This document shows positions 46,188 to 60,100 of a DNA stretch of 64,000 bases, in pieces. The notes below the pieces were generated by a model. The model was not told where the DNA came from and searched no databases. It saw only the letters and a list, made by a program, of their open reading frames with translations. The translations under genes and the position numbers were made by a program. Positions within the stretch are counted from its first letter, which is position 1. Each line of letters starts with the position of its first letter. The DNA is from Gnetum montanum (taxonomy: Eukaryota > Plantae > Gnetophyta). The DNA lies in the NCBI GenBank assembly GCA_015680685.1, contig MNCI01002612.1, forward strand, positions 348,514 to 412,513, read 5' to 3'.

Positions 46188-47884
46188 TATAGCGACTAAA
46201 AGTGATGACAATTGGAATAGTCACATCGAGGTGTCTGTGGCCGTAGTACAACCCTAACCCCACCCTCATCTGAAGGGTCGCCATTGGAGGGGAAAAATGA
46301 AGGTAGAGAACTTGAGATGGTCTTGTTAATTGAATTGGGACTTACAAAGTGTTTTGACAAATGAGTGCTAGTGGTTTGCATGGTGTTTTCAGTGGTGCTG
46401 GGGCAAACTAAGCCCAAGTGTAGCAGGGTTTCTTGGTGTGAAAATAATGGTGCAAATGTGTGAATATATGCAAAATAGCAAAGAATGTGACTGTAATGCT
46501 AACTACCAAAGAAAATGCTTGAAAATGTAAAGAATTTTGAGAGAGGAGGAATGACACTACCTTAAATGGGGGGAGTGTAGCAATTGTAAAGAAGAGGTGA
46601 GGAGGTACATAGTGTATAGATAGGTGCAATAGGTAGCATAGTCATAGTCTCTAGGGTTTCTGAGTTATGAAAACTAACGTTCATCATGAAGTCTATGCCT
46701 ACTAGGTTGGCTACTGGGGTGTCCTATGGGCATGTAGTGTGCAAATGTATTGCCAAGGTATTGAGCATTCTAGGGTGCAGGGATGCTTGATTTGCTTCAA
46801 GCTTCTCACATGAAAAATGCCACGTGAATGCAAAGTTACCAACTAAAAAACACCCACTAAAGTTTAAATTTTTTCAACAAATGACAACCCTTAAAATGTG
46901 AAATGCAAAAGTATTTATAGGGTTAGGGTTGATGTAAAGTGTAGATCGGGTGCCACATGGCATGAGGGTAGTTGGGGCTATGTTGACCCAACTACGCTCC
47001 CACTAAAGCAATTAGTGCTATGCTCTAGTGTGCTCTAATGGACCCTGAGAGACTACTAGACTGTGAATACACTACCAAGATTGCATGTGTCAAAGTTGAA
47101 AAGACCAAAATATACCTATAAATAGTGAAAAACAGTGCAATTTTAAGGCTCCACTCTAGAACTACGTTGTCCCCTCTTTCAAGTAGGATCAAGCGTAGGT
47201 ACAATCTTGGGACAAATAGGAGGTGCAAAAGAAATGAAAATTACTAATCTTTCTTGCTGGAAGAATGTTGAGGCTAAGATGGAGGCTAGTACTAAGCTTT
47301 GGAAGCTTTTGGAGGCTATCTCACATTACTAAGCTAGCTACGCTCTAAAGTGTAGCCCAACAGTTAGGCAAATTTTGCAAAAATTGAAGTCTAGTGCTGG
47401 CTACACTCTAGAGCATAGTAGGGGAAAGTGAGAGAGTAGCACTAGCACTTAGAAAAAAATTTGGCAAAACTTGTAGTCCTCATTGAAGTTACACTAGCTA
47501 TCCTCTGAAGTGTAGTAGGAGGGGTAGCCCTAGAAGTTAGAAAATCTGCTAACCTATTTCTTCCATTTTGAGCTAGCTTGATGGCTTTTGGCTTAACACT
47601 TAGGAAAACTAGTCATTGAAGTGCATGCTATGCTAACTACGCTCTAGAGCGTAGCAAGGAGAATGAGAGCATAGCACAACACTTAGAAAAATTTTTGCAA
47701 CTGTTGTTGACACTTAGAAAATTTTGGAAATTTGGTTCTATGCTACATGTTACGGTGACTACACTCTAGAGCATGGTCCCAATAGTGGAAGCATGGACCA
47801 AACACTTAGAAAAATTTTTCCCCATGTTGAGACTTGGAGAAGTTTGGCGTTAAGGTGCTATCGCCTAAATTTGGTGGTGTTTCA
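46188..47884 (-). repeat. 5' LTR of the Tat element
   Basis: Collinear with 30081-31774 but visibly diverged (roughly one difference in five by eye). Confidence 0.9.
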
Positions 47885-48084
47885 CCTATGACTTTGAATA
47901 ATATTCACCAAACACTACAAGGGACTGTTAGTAGCAATGCCCTCATAGGAAGTTTTGAAATGCATTACGCTTTCTATGATATGCACTTACGTAGAAATTG
48001 CAACTTCTTGTGAACAAACATGCTTATGGAGATAGTTTTCCAAATATTTTGAGGGGGTGCATCTAGTAGGGGATTCTAGAAGTC
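47885..48084. repeat. Final partial unit of the 262-bp satellite
   Basis: CTACAAGGGACTGTTAGTAGCAATGCCCTCATAGG...GAGGGGGTGCATCTAGTAG..GGATTCTAGAAG continues the unit interrupted at 30080. Confidence 0.9.
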
Positions 48085-48269
48085 CTATTTCCCATGTGTT
48101 GTGATTGGCACTATTCTTGCAGTTTGTGTTATGAGGAAATGTTGCTTGCATTCCTTCATGTCAATACATGTGTGATGGAATACAAATGATGGTAAACTAA
48201 ACATCATGCATGCCAATCATGTTTTCATATTTACATACATGATTTCTTTATATCCTAAAGAGAATAGAT

Positions 48270-50610
48270 GTAACCATGTTTGACCCATGTGGGTTGGTTC
48301 AGGGTATGAATGAACAGTGCTTCATTTCAATGGATCCTTACATTGCCATGCTATGCTATGACAATGTATAGTTCCATCACGCCTTTTTATCATGCCTCTT
48401 TGAATATTTTTTAAGTAAAAAAAAAGTATCATGTGTAGGTTCTTTTCCATTTAGATGCCCATCCAATTTCTTCTATGTTTTGCACTTATTTCTTGGACAT
48501 TTATGCCATGGACATGTTTTGTTTCCAAAGTCATTATTTCTTAGATATGTGTTATAGTTGAGGTTGCTCAAAGTGTTTGTAGGTTTAATTAAGAGAATGG
48601 TGATCGACAATACCACGAGTAGGGTACTTTGGTAATATTGTCTAAAGATGTGTATTTAGAATTGGAGCCTTAGTCTATATTTTAAGAACAACATGATACA
48701 CAATTCCATACAAGGCTGTTCTTGAATATGGGCTTATATTTGCAGTGAGAAGGCTTTGGAAAAGTGGTTTGTAGAGGTTCAAGAATTTTGAAGCCAAAGT
48801 GAAGAGTATTGATAGATATAAGCATCTCAGTATTATAAGGCTAAGGGGATTGTACTAGAGCTTGGAAGAAAAGTTACTTATATATGATTATATCCCTAGT
48901 AGAAGCCTGGCTCATGCCTACTACAACGAGTGGGCATTTATGCAATTTTTGTGTTTATGAGATCATCATCATCTTATTTTTCTTTCACCATTTTTCAAAA
49001 ACTAACGCTTGGTCTACTTGCAATTTTTTAATATCACATAATTTTTTAAATAAAATTTTTGTACATGTTAATTCTTTACGTTTCTTTTTTTGGCTCTTTT
49101 TAGGTATTATATTGAATGTTCATGGATAGAATTATCATCATAGAACCTTATTGCATCTCTCTAGTTGAGATTAGTTTTCTAATTTTTTTCTTTGGTTGTG
49201 CTATGTTGTTGCCTTTCAAGTAGTCTCCTACTATATATTTTGGAGCTTTTCATCCCTTGCTTTTATTTCTTTTACTTAATGAACTATTGGATACAACTAC
49301 CATACTTGATCACCCAAAAAGTTGTGGAATCATGAGGTATAATGAGAAAATGAATTTGACAACTTCTATTACCTTTTGTAATAACAATTATTGGAGTTTT
49401 TATTGAATCATAAAGTTCATGAAAGATAAAGGATGTGAAAACTGCAAACATATTTCAATACGTAGGTCACAATCTCTACATTAATCATTAAAATAAGTAG
49501 ATCCACAAAGTTTAAAAGCTATCAATTTATTATAGGTATAATTTATAGTAATTTAGAACTCTTTACATTAATTTTCTTTTTAAATTTTGGTTGTTGTAAT
49601 ACAGAAAACACAATTTTGAATATTAAATTTCTAGCTTTGTTTATTTGATTTATGTACTTCCAACTTTGATAAATTTTGAGCTTTATTTCTTACTTATAGT
49701 AATGGTAGGATATTTTAAAATGAAAGCAAAACTTTGGGATTATGCTTGAACTATACTAAGTGAAAATCCTCCAAAAGGGTATTTCAATCAAGATAATTTA
49801 GTAGAAACAATTAGAAACAATGCTACTCTGTATGTATACCTTATGATAAAGTTGAAGAATTTGTGAAAGGTGAAGAAAGAAATCCTATGCATCACACAAC
49901 CTTTGTTAAAAATGATCATACAAATCTAAATTGGAATGAAGGAGATAGGTGTCGCGTAAGTCATCATATTGAAAAATTGTAGTAAGGATACTTTTGAAAA
50001 CTTTAAACTTTAAAATTTAATTTCTATAATTGTAAAATCATATATATTTTTATTTTAAAATTTTAATTGTCCAACCATTGTATCATTTTAGATATTGGTG
50101 TTCCTATGGATGACTAGATAACTAAATGATTCATAACGAGATTACTAAATCCCACCATGAATCATAAAAGAAAGGATGTCAATGCTACTTCACAATTCGA
50201 AGGATGAGAATAGATGCTAGCTTTACAATTATATTTTATATGGCAAGGAAACATGTGAATAAATTTGGAGAAATGTGTCATGGGATGCATGCTTCAAATG
50301 TAAGTGGACATGCTTTACATGATCCACATTTGTACAAGCATCATGAGGATGCAATGGCTTCATAAACAAAATGAGTGTGCAGCATGAATGTCTAAGAAAT
50401 GATTGTAGAAAAGAAATGGATGCAAGAATGGGAAAAAACTTACAAACAATAATATTTTGTTTAAAAATTAAGAGATGCATGATGAAAGGGGCATGATAAA
50501 ACCATATGAAAACATGCCATGACAAAGAATGTTCATGTAAGGGCCCACTGGAATGGAACAATGTTAGTTTAGACCCACATGGGTCAAATGGGATGCATTA
50601 ATACCCCAAT
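48270..50610. repeat. Degenerate ~270-bp inverted repeat pair (48270-48545 and 50340-50610)
   Basis: TTTGACCCATGTGGG vs CCCACATGGGTCAAA; ATTTCTTGGACATTTATGC vs GCATGAATGTCTAAGAAAT; further collinear matches in between. Confidence 0.7.
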
Positions 50611-51186
50611 CGAGATTTAAAAGGAGTTCTCCCATGCAATTGAACCACTCCACACAACAATACACCAGCTACTCTACATAACAATGGTTAACATTTTATG
50701 TTTAACTACCTTGTAAATAGTTTTTTAGGAAATAATACTATGAATGTGTGTTACCATTTCCAACCTAATTTTTATGCAAGTTTAAATATACTTATTTACA
50801 TTAGCTAAAAACAACTAAATTCAAATTATTTTAACATATCACCATTATCATTAGAAATATTTAATAATAATTGTTATCTATCCTCATGGATTAGTATTGT
50901 TACCAAGAGTCAACACAATGATAAATGATTACAATTTCTATAATCATATGTGTAAGCCTCATATTCAAGTGATTTTTCTTGAGTGAAGTTTCTCCTTTAA
51001 GAGTACATGGATTGCATGGAAGATAATGACACTTCAAACATTGCAACAATATGAAATATAAAATAAATCCCAACCCTTATCAAAGCCATGATGAAAACAT
51101 ATAGTTGATTACCGTTTAATAAAATGTAATAAAAATAATTTTAACCATTATCATAAAAAATATTTTTTCCAAAGTTATTAGGTACT

Positions 51187-52021
51187 CGATGAACAGTAAG
51201 AATGTTGCACATCTAATCATTTACAATCATCACGATAAATCATACTATAATCCATGGACAAAATAACAAGAATGATTAGCCTAGTTAGGTAATCTTAAGT
51301 TGATGTCTTCATAGCTATACTTGTAGTGGTTATTAGTCATATAGTTAAGTATAGGCGAGGTGCATGATTTTTATGTTGTAATGACCATAGTTACTATTTA
51401 TATAAAAATTATGAAAAAGCCAAAAAAATTTAAATAATTAACTAAAAATATAAATAAATCTTATTCTTACCTAAGGTCGATAAGTGCATACTTCATAAAC
51501 ACCTAGCATGTTACTAGATCATGTCTTAGCCACTAGGCTACCAAGGTAACTAACTACTAAGCATATCAAGTTAATTAGTTGCCAAGATTACCAAGTTAAA
51601 TTGTGTTTAACATTCAAGGTTATATTATACTCATTCTTCCATAACTAAAATGTGTGGAAATGGAAACATTATACTAGAAAATAGTAATAAATGCAAGGAA
51701 ATAAAATATAAAGAAAGACTTTTGAAATAATTTAGAATGCTGCAATGTGAAATAATTAATCTCAATCTTTATTGTCAAAATCATGATTACATCTAGGTAA
51801 TAACACTCAAATAAAAACTTCGTATAACTTATTCATATGCTACATGTACTCAATGATTACTATTAAAGTTACAAAAGGAAACTAATAGAATTTGGCTACC
51901 TACTAATCAAATGGTAACATAAATGCAACTAGTATGCATATATTTTTAGGCAAATATAGAGGTTGCACCAATGTATTTATGTCCATGTAGTGCTTTAATG
52001 TAGGATATTTATTCTTCATCA
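51187..52021 (-). mobile_element. Old solo LTR of the Athila-type family
   Basis: The reverse complement carries the family motifs in order: TGATGA start, CATAAATACA, TTTATTTGAG..TACCT..CAATAAAGATTGAGATTA..GCAGCATT, CTTGGTAGCCTAGT, AACTATATG..GAAGACA, TTCATCG end. TSD not recognisable. Confidence 0.65.
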
Positions 52022-53344
52022 TATCCCTACAATTGCTTCAAAATTTACCATCGAGTTATACAAAAATGAACAAAGTTAAACTACAAAATTTATGGGATAG
52101 CACTAACTAATAATTATAAAATTACAAGTGTCACATGATAAGACATTTTAAGTGGTGTACATAATACAAAAAATGACTGAAAAAACACACAAATAATAAA
52201 ATGTTTTTCAAAAAGTTACTAATGAGATCATGCTCAAGTTGGCATTGTCTCTTTCCCATTCTTGATAATAACCTGGTAAAGAGATTGGAGTTTTTATTCA
52301 TTAGTCATGGGATCATTTATTTTTCATGTATGTTGTGCTAATTCTTTCAGTATAGGAACCTTCCACAAGAATGGTAGTGTCAGAAAGACTTTACTAGCTT
52401 TGATAAACAAAATAACAAATAACAAACATTCATTCTTTAGAGCTTCTAATTCTTGCTTACATTTGTCAAAGTTATTTAGTATTTGAACCAAAATCTTAGT
52501 TCCATTCCTTGGTATTGTAATCTAACTTTTACATAGTACTTTCTTAGCTCATTCATTCTATAGGATTTGGTTCATTTACTCATGTGTTTTCTTTTCATCC
52601 TTGTACATGAGTTTGACATGAGTGAGCCATTACTTTAATTAAGTTCTTGGCATTTCTATCGTAATGCATGTGAGATTGTCATAGTGCAACCTAGCATACT
52701 CAAGACGCTTTTTGAGATCTTTAATAACAAAGTTGTAAATACCCTTCTACCGTACCCTAGGATAAGAAGACATTACGTAGGTCAAACCACAAGAGAACAT
52801 GGTGGAAAAGTGTTCTAGGCCAAAAGGAGAATATGATGGTAGTTCATAAGAGAAGAAAGGTTTAAATCATAAGTAAAATGAAAATAAAATGAAAAGAAAA
52901 ACACTCATATCTATTTGCAGCAATACACATAATATGTATTCCCATAAAAAGGCTTCTACCTCTTCCAAATAGTACCTAATAAGAAATGTGAATTATGAAT
53001 TGTAAAGATAGAAGAAGATGAAGTCCAAGATATGCCCATTGTCAAAAGAAGAATTGATGAATCAAGAACTAAGATTAGGGAAATTAAGCACAATGAACTT
53101 GAATGAAGGATTCATGAAAGAAGTAGCTATGAAGATGATAAGGACATGCTATGACTAAGGTAGTAGTCCATCAGTTGTTGAATAACAACTAAACAAACTT
53201 AGCTATAGATCATTGAAGGTATCTAGAGTGAGCTTTTCCACATAGGACTAAGAATATGTCAAGTAGATGACATTACCCATAAACATTGTAAGTGCATTAT
53301 TAGTCTAGAAAGTTGGATGATGCTATAGCAAATATAAAATTTTT

Positions 53345-54580
53345 TGTGGATCATTGAACTTAGAAGGGGGGGATGAATAAGTTCCCCAAATTAAAACTTT
53401 ATGAACCAAAGCACACACACAAAATTAACGTGCTTCCCCAACTTGGGTAGTCCATACTTGGAGGGTAGATTACAAGCACACCTCCAAACTTTGTTTCTCT
53501 TAAATGTGGTTTGAAGGCTCACATCTTGTACAATCTTCAAGCCTCGCTTCAGAGTGTTATGTCACAACACTAACCACTCAACCCTACAAGGCCTTGTCAA
53601 GCTTGGAATGTGGTTTCCAAGCTTTTGGAACCTTTACAATCTTGAGCTCCACTCCAGAGTGTTGTGTTGTAACACCAACCACTCAATCCTGCAGGATACT
53701 AACAAGCTCAAGTAAGATGCCTTCCCCCAAGAGGCACATCAACCCCACATGGTAACAAAGGAGAACAATTACAACGGATAAATGCAACTTAGTTTGCTAA
53801 TCCTTGCACTTGGAGGTACAACACACTTTATAATAAACAAATGATGATACCATGAAGAGCAACAAAGATCACAATGATTGAAAAAATGATTGTACAATGA
53901 TTACACATAAGATTGCACATTTTCCAATGCATATGAGATCTTCTTATAGTTATCATGTTTTCAAATCCATCTTGGAACTCATGCAATGGATAGCCAACAC
54001 TCACTAACGATCATGGAAGACATCTTCTTCATGCCTAAGATTTCTTTCTATGTTTGCCCTCTATTCTAGGAAGACGTCTTTGTCTGGGAAAGATGTCTTT
54101 TTGAAATCTCCATTCTAGGAAGATGTCTTTGTCTGATGGAAGATGTCTTCTAAAACTAGCTTGCATTCTATGAAGATGTCTTTGCTTGATGGAAGATGTC
54201 TTTGCCTAGAGAAAAAAGTCTCTTATTTCTTGAAGACATCATTGCCTGTGCATCCTTCAATTTTGCCAACATGTCTACTATTTCTTAGAGACGACTTTCT
54301 TCAATCTTCATTTGCATGATGAATTTATCATTCCTTGTCCATGACCTTGATCTTTTGCATGTTTCAATGACGAAAACTTTGCTTGTACACATTCTTTGAA
54401 TTCTTTTCTTTTAAGCTTGCCTTTGGTAAATGAACCCTTGAGACCTTGTGGATGACTTTCTCCTTTTGCTTACATTAGTGCATTCCTTGTCATCTCATCT
54501 TGGTCCTACAACCAAAATAACCACACACACATCCTTTTTCTCCATTTTACTTAACAATTTGACATACCAAAAGCTCCACA
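53345..54580 (-). repeat. 3' LTR of a second SIRE-like Copia
   Basis: TGTGGATC...CTCCACA; collinear with 22456-23588; immediately followed by PPT ATCTTCCCCTTTTTGG. Confidence 0.88.
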
Positions 54581-55817
54581 ATCTTCCCCTTTTTGGTGAT
54601 GTTCAAAACTTAAGAAAATGAGTTAGTGATCATATAAATAGGACCATACTACTCTCCCCATTTTTAAGCAATAGAAAAAATAATAAGGCACATAAACCTG
54701 TAAAAGAGTCATCATAAAAGTTTAATATCATAAAATACGCATAATCAACAATCATGGAATAATCGCAAAAAATAAAAATTTAACAAGCAAGAATATCAAT
54801 TAAAGAGCACATATCTTTTAGCACTAAGTTCCATGAGAAGTTGCCCTAAATTTTGTTAAGAACTGATCTAAGCCTTTCTAAGTAATACTTAAACTTAAAG
54901 CTTGAAGTGAAGTATAAGCCTTGAAGATCAAGTAACCTATCTCTAAATCAATAAATCATTAGTAGTTTATAGTGCATGGTTCTTTTAATGCTCAAATATT
55001 CTTCGTCCTTTTAAAAAAAATTAGTAAATGATTAGGGCATGGCAATACATCCTCACAATATGAAACTGGTCATGCCAAATTTTAAATTCTTGAGTTAGGA
55101 AGTACATCTCAAGGCAAACTACTTGAAAGTTATTTCAATGAAAATCATGGATACTTTCCCATAATCAGAATGATCATGTGCTTACTCATATTGTTATAAG
55201 GAATAATATCACTATTTGCATTCTTTCATAAAGATCAATGTACTTCTTACTTCAACTTATGCTTGAATATCAAATAGGTGGGATGATGATACATTAAGAC
55301 TTGCCCTTATTAGTTCAAAACAAGAATCTACAACTAATCCAAAAAAAGAACCAACAACACATAATTTGATGTTAAAGACCAAGTATAGATCAAGTATCCT
55401 ATCTAATTGAAATAGCTAGCTCATTAGAGCTTGTATCTTTATATTCAACCATTAACACAAAGGATATGGAAGTTATGAATGAAACATGCATATTTTGCTT
55501 TTTGTACAAGGTAATGCAACAAACATAACCATTTTTCAAAAATGAAACAATAATCATCCCAAAGGATATCACAAATTTAAGACTTAGCCATCCATTGAAA
55601 AGAAAAAAATACCTCTTGATATCCTTATCTTGCTCATTTTGAAATATTTTGCTATTTCAATGTCTCTTGGTTGAAGTCTCCAAAGACTCCCCCTACAGTG
55701 GTTATCTCTAAGATGGTGATAGATAGTGAGGAATAGGCTCCCCTTACACATGTGCTTCTTATCTTGGGCTATTAATGTAAAAATTTTATAGATCACAAAA
55801 GCAGTATGATTGTAGGT
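53345..55817 (-). mobile_element. 3' part of a second SIRE-like element (LTR plus non-coding 3' region), interrupted by the Athila element at 55818
   Basis: PPT at 54581 and further CTCCCC tracts at ~54652, ~55688 and ~55738 (multi-PPT pattern); the first ~50 bp after the LTR match 18504-18550. Confidence 0.6.
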
Positions 55818-56613
55818 TGATGAGCCATGATATCACGTACGTGATATCGTGTACACGATATCGCATCCCATCTTATTTTCTATAAATAAGAGGTGGCTTC
55901 CCTTGTTCGGGGGAGTTAGTCTCAAACCCTTAGCTAAACTCTTGCAGTTTTACCATTCCAGTGTTAGAATAATTCCTGTGTGCCCACAGTAGGAGTCCTA
56001 AAGTGAACAGATCTTTATTCGAGCAAATTGTACCTGAGCACACATTTGTGTTACGACAATAAAGATGAACTTTATGATAAACCTTGCAGCATACAGATTA
56101 AGCTAAATAGTAATTAATTATTGTTAAATGTTTAAACGCTTTCCTAGTTAATTAATTTCTCTCTCAACCCTTGATTCTCCTAGTTAAGTACACTCAATAC
56201 GATCGATTTGAGCATGTGTGTAGTGCTTGGTAACCTAGTAACGATTAGCGTTTGGTAATCCCAGTAGCGTTGCACTGGTTCAGGATGTGTGTGGCAAGTG
56301 GGAACGGATACTAGTGTTAGGAACAGTTAGAACTTAGTTAGTGAATAGTTAATGAAAGTTAGTCATTTAGTTCTCTTCACCTTACCCTATTAGCATAAGA
56401 CATTAAAAAGATAAAAGTTATAAAAATCATATACCTCAAGCTTACTTAACCATACAACCGTGACAATACAAGTAAGTTTGGGAAGACAACAATTGATTAA
56501 CCTTAAGTGTTCCATTAGGGAACGTAAGCACTTAGTCCTTGGAGTTCGATCGGATCGCTCGTGAAATGCTTGTATTTGTATGGTTGAGTGTAGGGGTACG
56601 TCGCCACTCATCA
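55818..56613 (+). repeat. 5' LTR of the gag-pol Athila-type element
   Basis: TGATGAG...CTCATCA; the last ~70 bp closely match the LTR ends at 11629 and 16593; TATAAATA at ~55881. Confidence 0.88.
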
Positions 56614-57199
56614 TTAGCACTGTTGCAGGGGACTTAGTTGTTTGTGCGCTATGTAGAACATAGGAAATAATCCATATTGTTGGGAAGCTAGAATGAACCA
56701 TAAGGTTAATCAAGAAAAGATAAGACAACGGTAAATCACACACTGAACAAGACAAAAATGTCTTCTTCTCCACATAAGAGCACTTCACCACCTAGGACTA
56801 ACACAAGAGACAGTTGGTAGCATAATACACATAACCAAGATTCACCAATTCCTCAACAATTTCATGTGGTATATACTCATCATGATGAGTATGTACCTGA
56901 CTTTACCTTTATTCTCCATAAAGATGAACAACTACGCTGGAGAGACTTGGAAGGTAACATAGTGTTGCCTCTAGATTGATCAATCCCCAACATGCTCTTT
57001 CATGCTCTCACACGAATAGGCATGCCACTATTATACATGAAATACGTTGCATGCGATCATGACACAAGGGACTATCATCCCACATAAGTGCAACGTCAAA
57101 GGGACTTGCGACAGGATAGTTACTATACATCCTTGAAGAGTAAATGGCCCCATAATGCTCTACATGTCTTGAGTGAAATTGAGGGTGGTGAACCTGCTT

Positions 57200-60100
57200 C
57201 AATAGGTTTCCCACCAAATGATGTCCCCCCTCCTAATGATGGTTAGAAGGTGGTGTATCAGAACCTCCACTCAACGATTCATAACCCTGGTTCTGATCCC
57301 CACGAACATGAAATGTTCAATGAGGGAACACAAACATACTATAAGGGTAAATGTTTTGATCGTAATCACGATTAAGGCCATAACCATAGAAGAGAAGGTA
57401 GAAAACACCATCATGGTGATGGTTCTCCTTCTTCTTCACCTTCATCATCACATTCACCCTCTCCTTCTGTATCCAGACACAGCCATAAGAAAACTAACCG
57501 TGAGGATAAAGGTAAACAGAGTGAAAAACACCGATGAGATAGTCAAGAATGAGGATGAAGGCACTCTAAGGAATCAAGGCATGGAAGAAGGAAGAGTAGG
57601 GAACCGCGTAGACACCATAGACACTATGAACGAGATGATCACGAAGAACCCCTACTCGCAACTAGAATCATGCAAGATATAACGAAGGTTGTGAGAATCC
57701 CCACAAGGCACCAAAAAGATAGTAGGATGAAGAGGTTACACATGAATAACATCCCACGGTTTGAGGGAGGATACAACGCTGATCCTCAGAATCATTTACA
57801 AGCATTCCATGATGCATGTGCCTTGCAGAACATAGAAAACAAATGGCAAAAACTAAAGCTATTCCCAAGGACACTAGTGAAAGAAGCTAAAAGCTGGTAC
57901 CAGTCCTTAGAACTGGAATCCATAAGGAGGTGGAGTACAATGTTAGAATTGTTTAATGATAAGTTCCAAACGTACTCCCAAGTTTCTAACTTATGAAAGA
58001 AAATCCAAGGATGGAAGCAAGGAAATCATGAACCCTTGGATGCTACCATGGGCTGCTATTACGCACTGCTACATCATTGCCCTAGCCATGGTTATTCACA
58101 ACAGGATCAACTATGCCATCTCATAGATGGACTTAGGCATGAAACAAGAAGAACCCTTGGGATGTATGCCTAAGGAAGGTTATCAGAGCTTAGGTATCAT
58201 CAAATCCATAGATTGCTAGAGCAAGTAGCCAAAGAAGAAGGTGAGCTACGAAAGAGAGAAAGTGTGGAAGAGTACAACCAAGATCCTTCCCTCCGAAAAA
58301 GGGGAGTGAGATTCTGTGAGGAGGAGAAAGAGTCACCACTCGAAGAGATGGTGAATAGGAAAACCTTGCCGCTCCAAAAATTAACAACAGAGGTATCAGC
58401 AAAGGTAGATCAAATGTGGGACTCCCTAGATAGTAGGTTCAAAACTATTCTTAAAATTATAGAGGAGTATAGGGAGCGAGGTAGTGACTACGACAAAAAG
58501 AAAAAGAGAGAAGTGGGCATTGCACGTAAGAAAGGTAAGGGTAAAATGGCCATCACCGAAGAGGTTGTGGATTTAGATACGGACAATGAAGATGGATGTG
58601 AGATATGCTAATATGACCATCCTAAGGGATGTTGCCAAGTGATCTCACATCTACAGGAGTCTGGGGTGTATGCACTCAACCCACGACTTAACAAATGACA
58701 AGCACCTCAATGGTAACCTTATCCCCAAGGTAACCCAAGGCAGTTCCACAAACCTTCAACGTATTATCTTAGTGGAACTCCACCACAACTTGTTAAGCAA
58801 CATCAATAGTGGAAATACCCACAGTCATGGGGGATGCCACCACCAAGGTAGCAATACCCCTACCAGCAACTAGATCCAGATGGCTACTACGTGCAGCTAC
58901 CAATCTCTCCACATGACTCTGTTGGTCACGTGACATCACAATGTCACTACCAAGCTTGGGAGTATTATAGGACTCCTTCTCCTAGGGGACATAACCCACA
59001 CACATACCATCCTCCAAATCCATCCACAACTCTCACACCAATAGCTCCATTACGACCCACTCCAACAATGCAAGGGGAACTCCCTACTCAACCGTAGCAA
59101 TGCAATGTCACGAGGGCTGTGAATCCTCAACTCGCAGTTGGTTCTGACAACCTTATGAAGAAAAGATCTTTCTTCAAAACCAACAATCCAACCAATCCCT
59201 CACAACCACAAGCGGTTGAGTAGCTGAACACCTCCCTATCAAATAAGGCTTCAGGGTCCCCTTCAAACCAAACATCAAGTTCAACACATACAGTTATGTT
59301 AACACATGTCATTACTGACTGGATTAAGGTGGGCCACCTTCCCAAGAAATTTTTTGATCTTGGAAGCCCCCTAATTTATCTCCAAGTCACTAGGAATGAA
59401 CCATGTAAAGCTCTTTTGGACTCAGGTTCTAGAGTCAACTTAATATCACAAGAGATGTACAAAGCCTGGAACCTACCTCCGTTAAGGAAGAGTAATATTC
59501 GACTTGAGCTGGCCGACCAGTCCATCACTGTCCCCTTGGGATTGATGGAGGACATCGTTAGCACTGTGTGTGGGTGGTCATACCTAGCTAATTTCCTAGT
59601 GATACAAGTGAACAATGGTAAAGGGGACTTCCCAATAATAATGGGAAGAGCATGGCTAAGTATTATAGATGCACATCTAGGAATCCACGATCTTTCCCTA
59701 GAAATATCTAAGAGGAATAATTTTGAAAAGATTGAGAAGAAGAAAGTTCCTTACATCGCATACAGTGACACAGGGTGCAATTGTGTGCAAAGATCATGGG
59801 TTATGCAAAGTTTAGCATTGCCCGCATGCAATTGGTGTGCACAAGACCTTAATATACAAAAGTACCTATATGCAATAGCCACACAACAAGAAGACACCCA
59901 GTGGCTGATGGCTGATCAAGAGAGCAACTCACTAATGTGCATGGAACTAACTGAGGGAATAATTAGTGCTTACATTGGAAGCATAGATACACTAAAGCAA
60001 GTTTGTTTCCAACTTGCTAACCTTAACCTTGAAAACATCAACTAGGGGAAGTTGGAAATTCCTAAGAGGTTTAAACAAGAGCCCTTAGATTTGAAACCAT

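Larger units (their letters stand above)
30081..47884 (-). mobile_element. Tat-lineage (Ogre/Retand-like) Ty3/Gypsy LTR retrotransposon, ~17.8 kb, degenerate
   Basis: Two ~1.7-kb LTRs, TSD CCCAT/CCTAT, tRNA-Asn-type PBS, PPT AAAGAGGGGC, and domains gag-PR ... RT-RH-aRH-INT on the minus strand. Inserted in phase within the satellite. Confidence 0.92.

Noticed and set aside
52680-53340. YVGQTTR (GIY-YIG-like) and LFH..C.CII (Gypsy protease-like) peptides
   Set aside because: Isolated short matches in heavily decayed sequence; insufficient for a call.
53345-54580. Solo LTR interpretation
   Set aside because: A PPT and internal sequence directly adjoin it, so it is the 3' LTR of a longer element.
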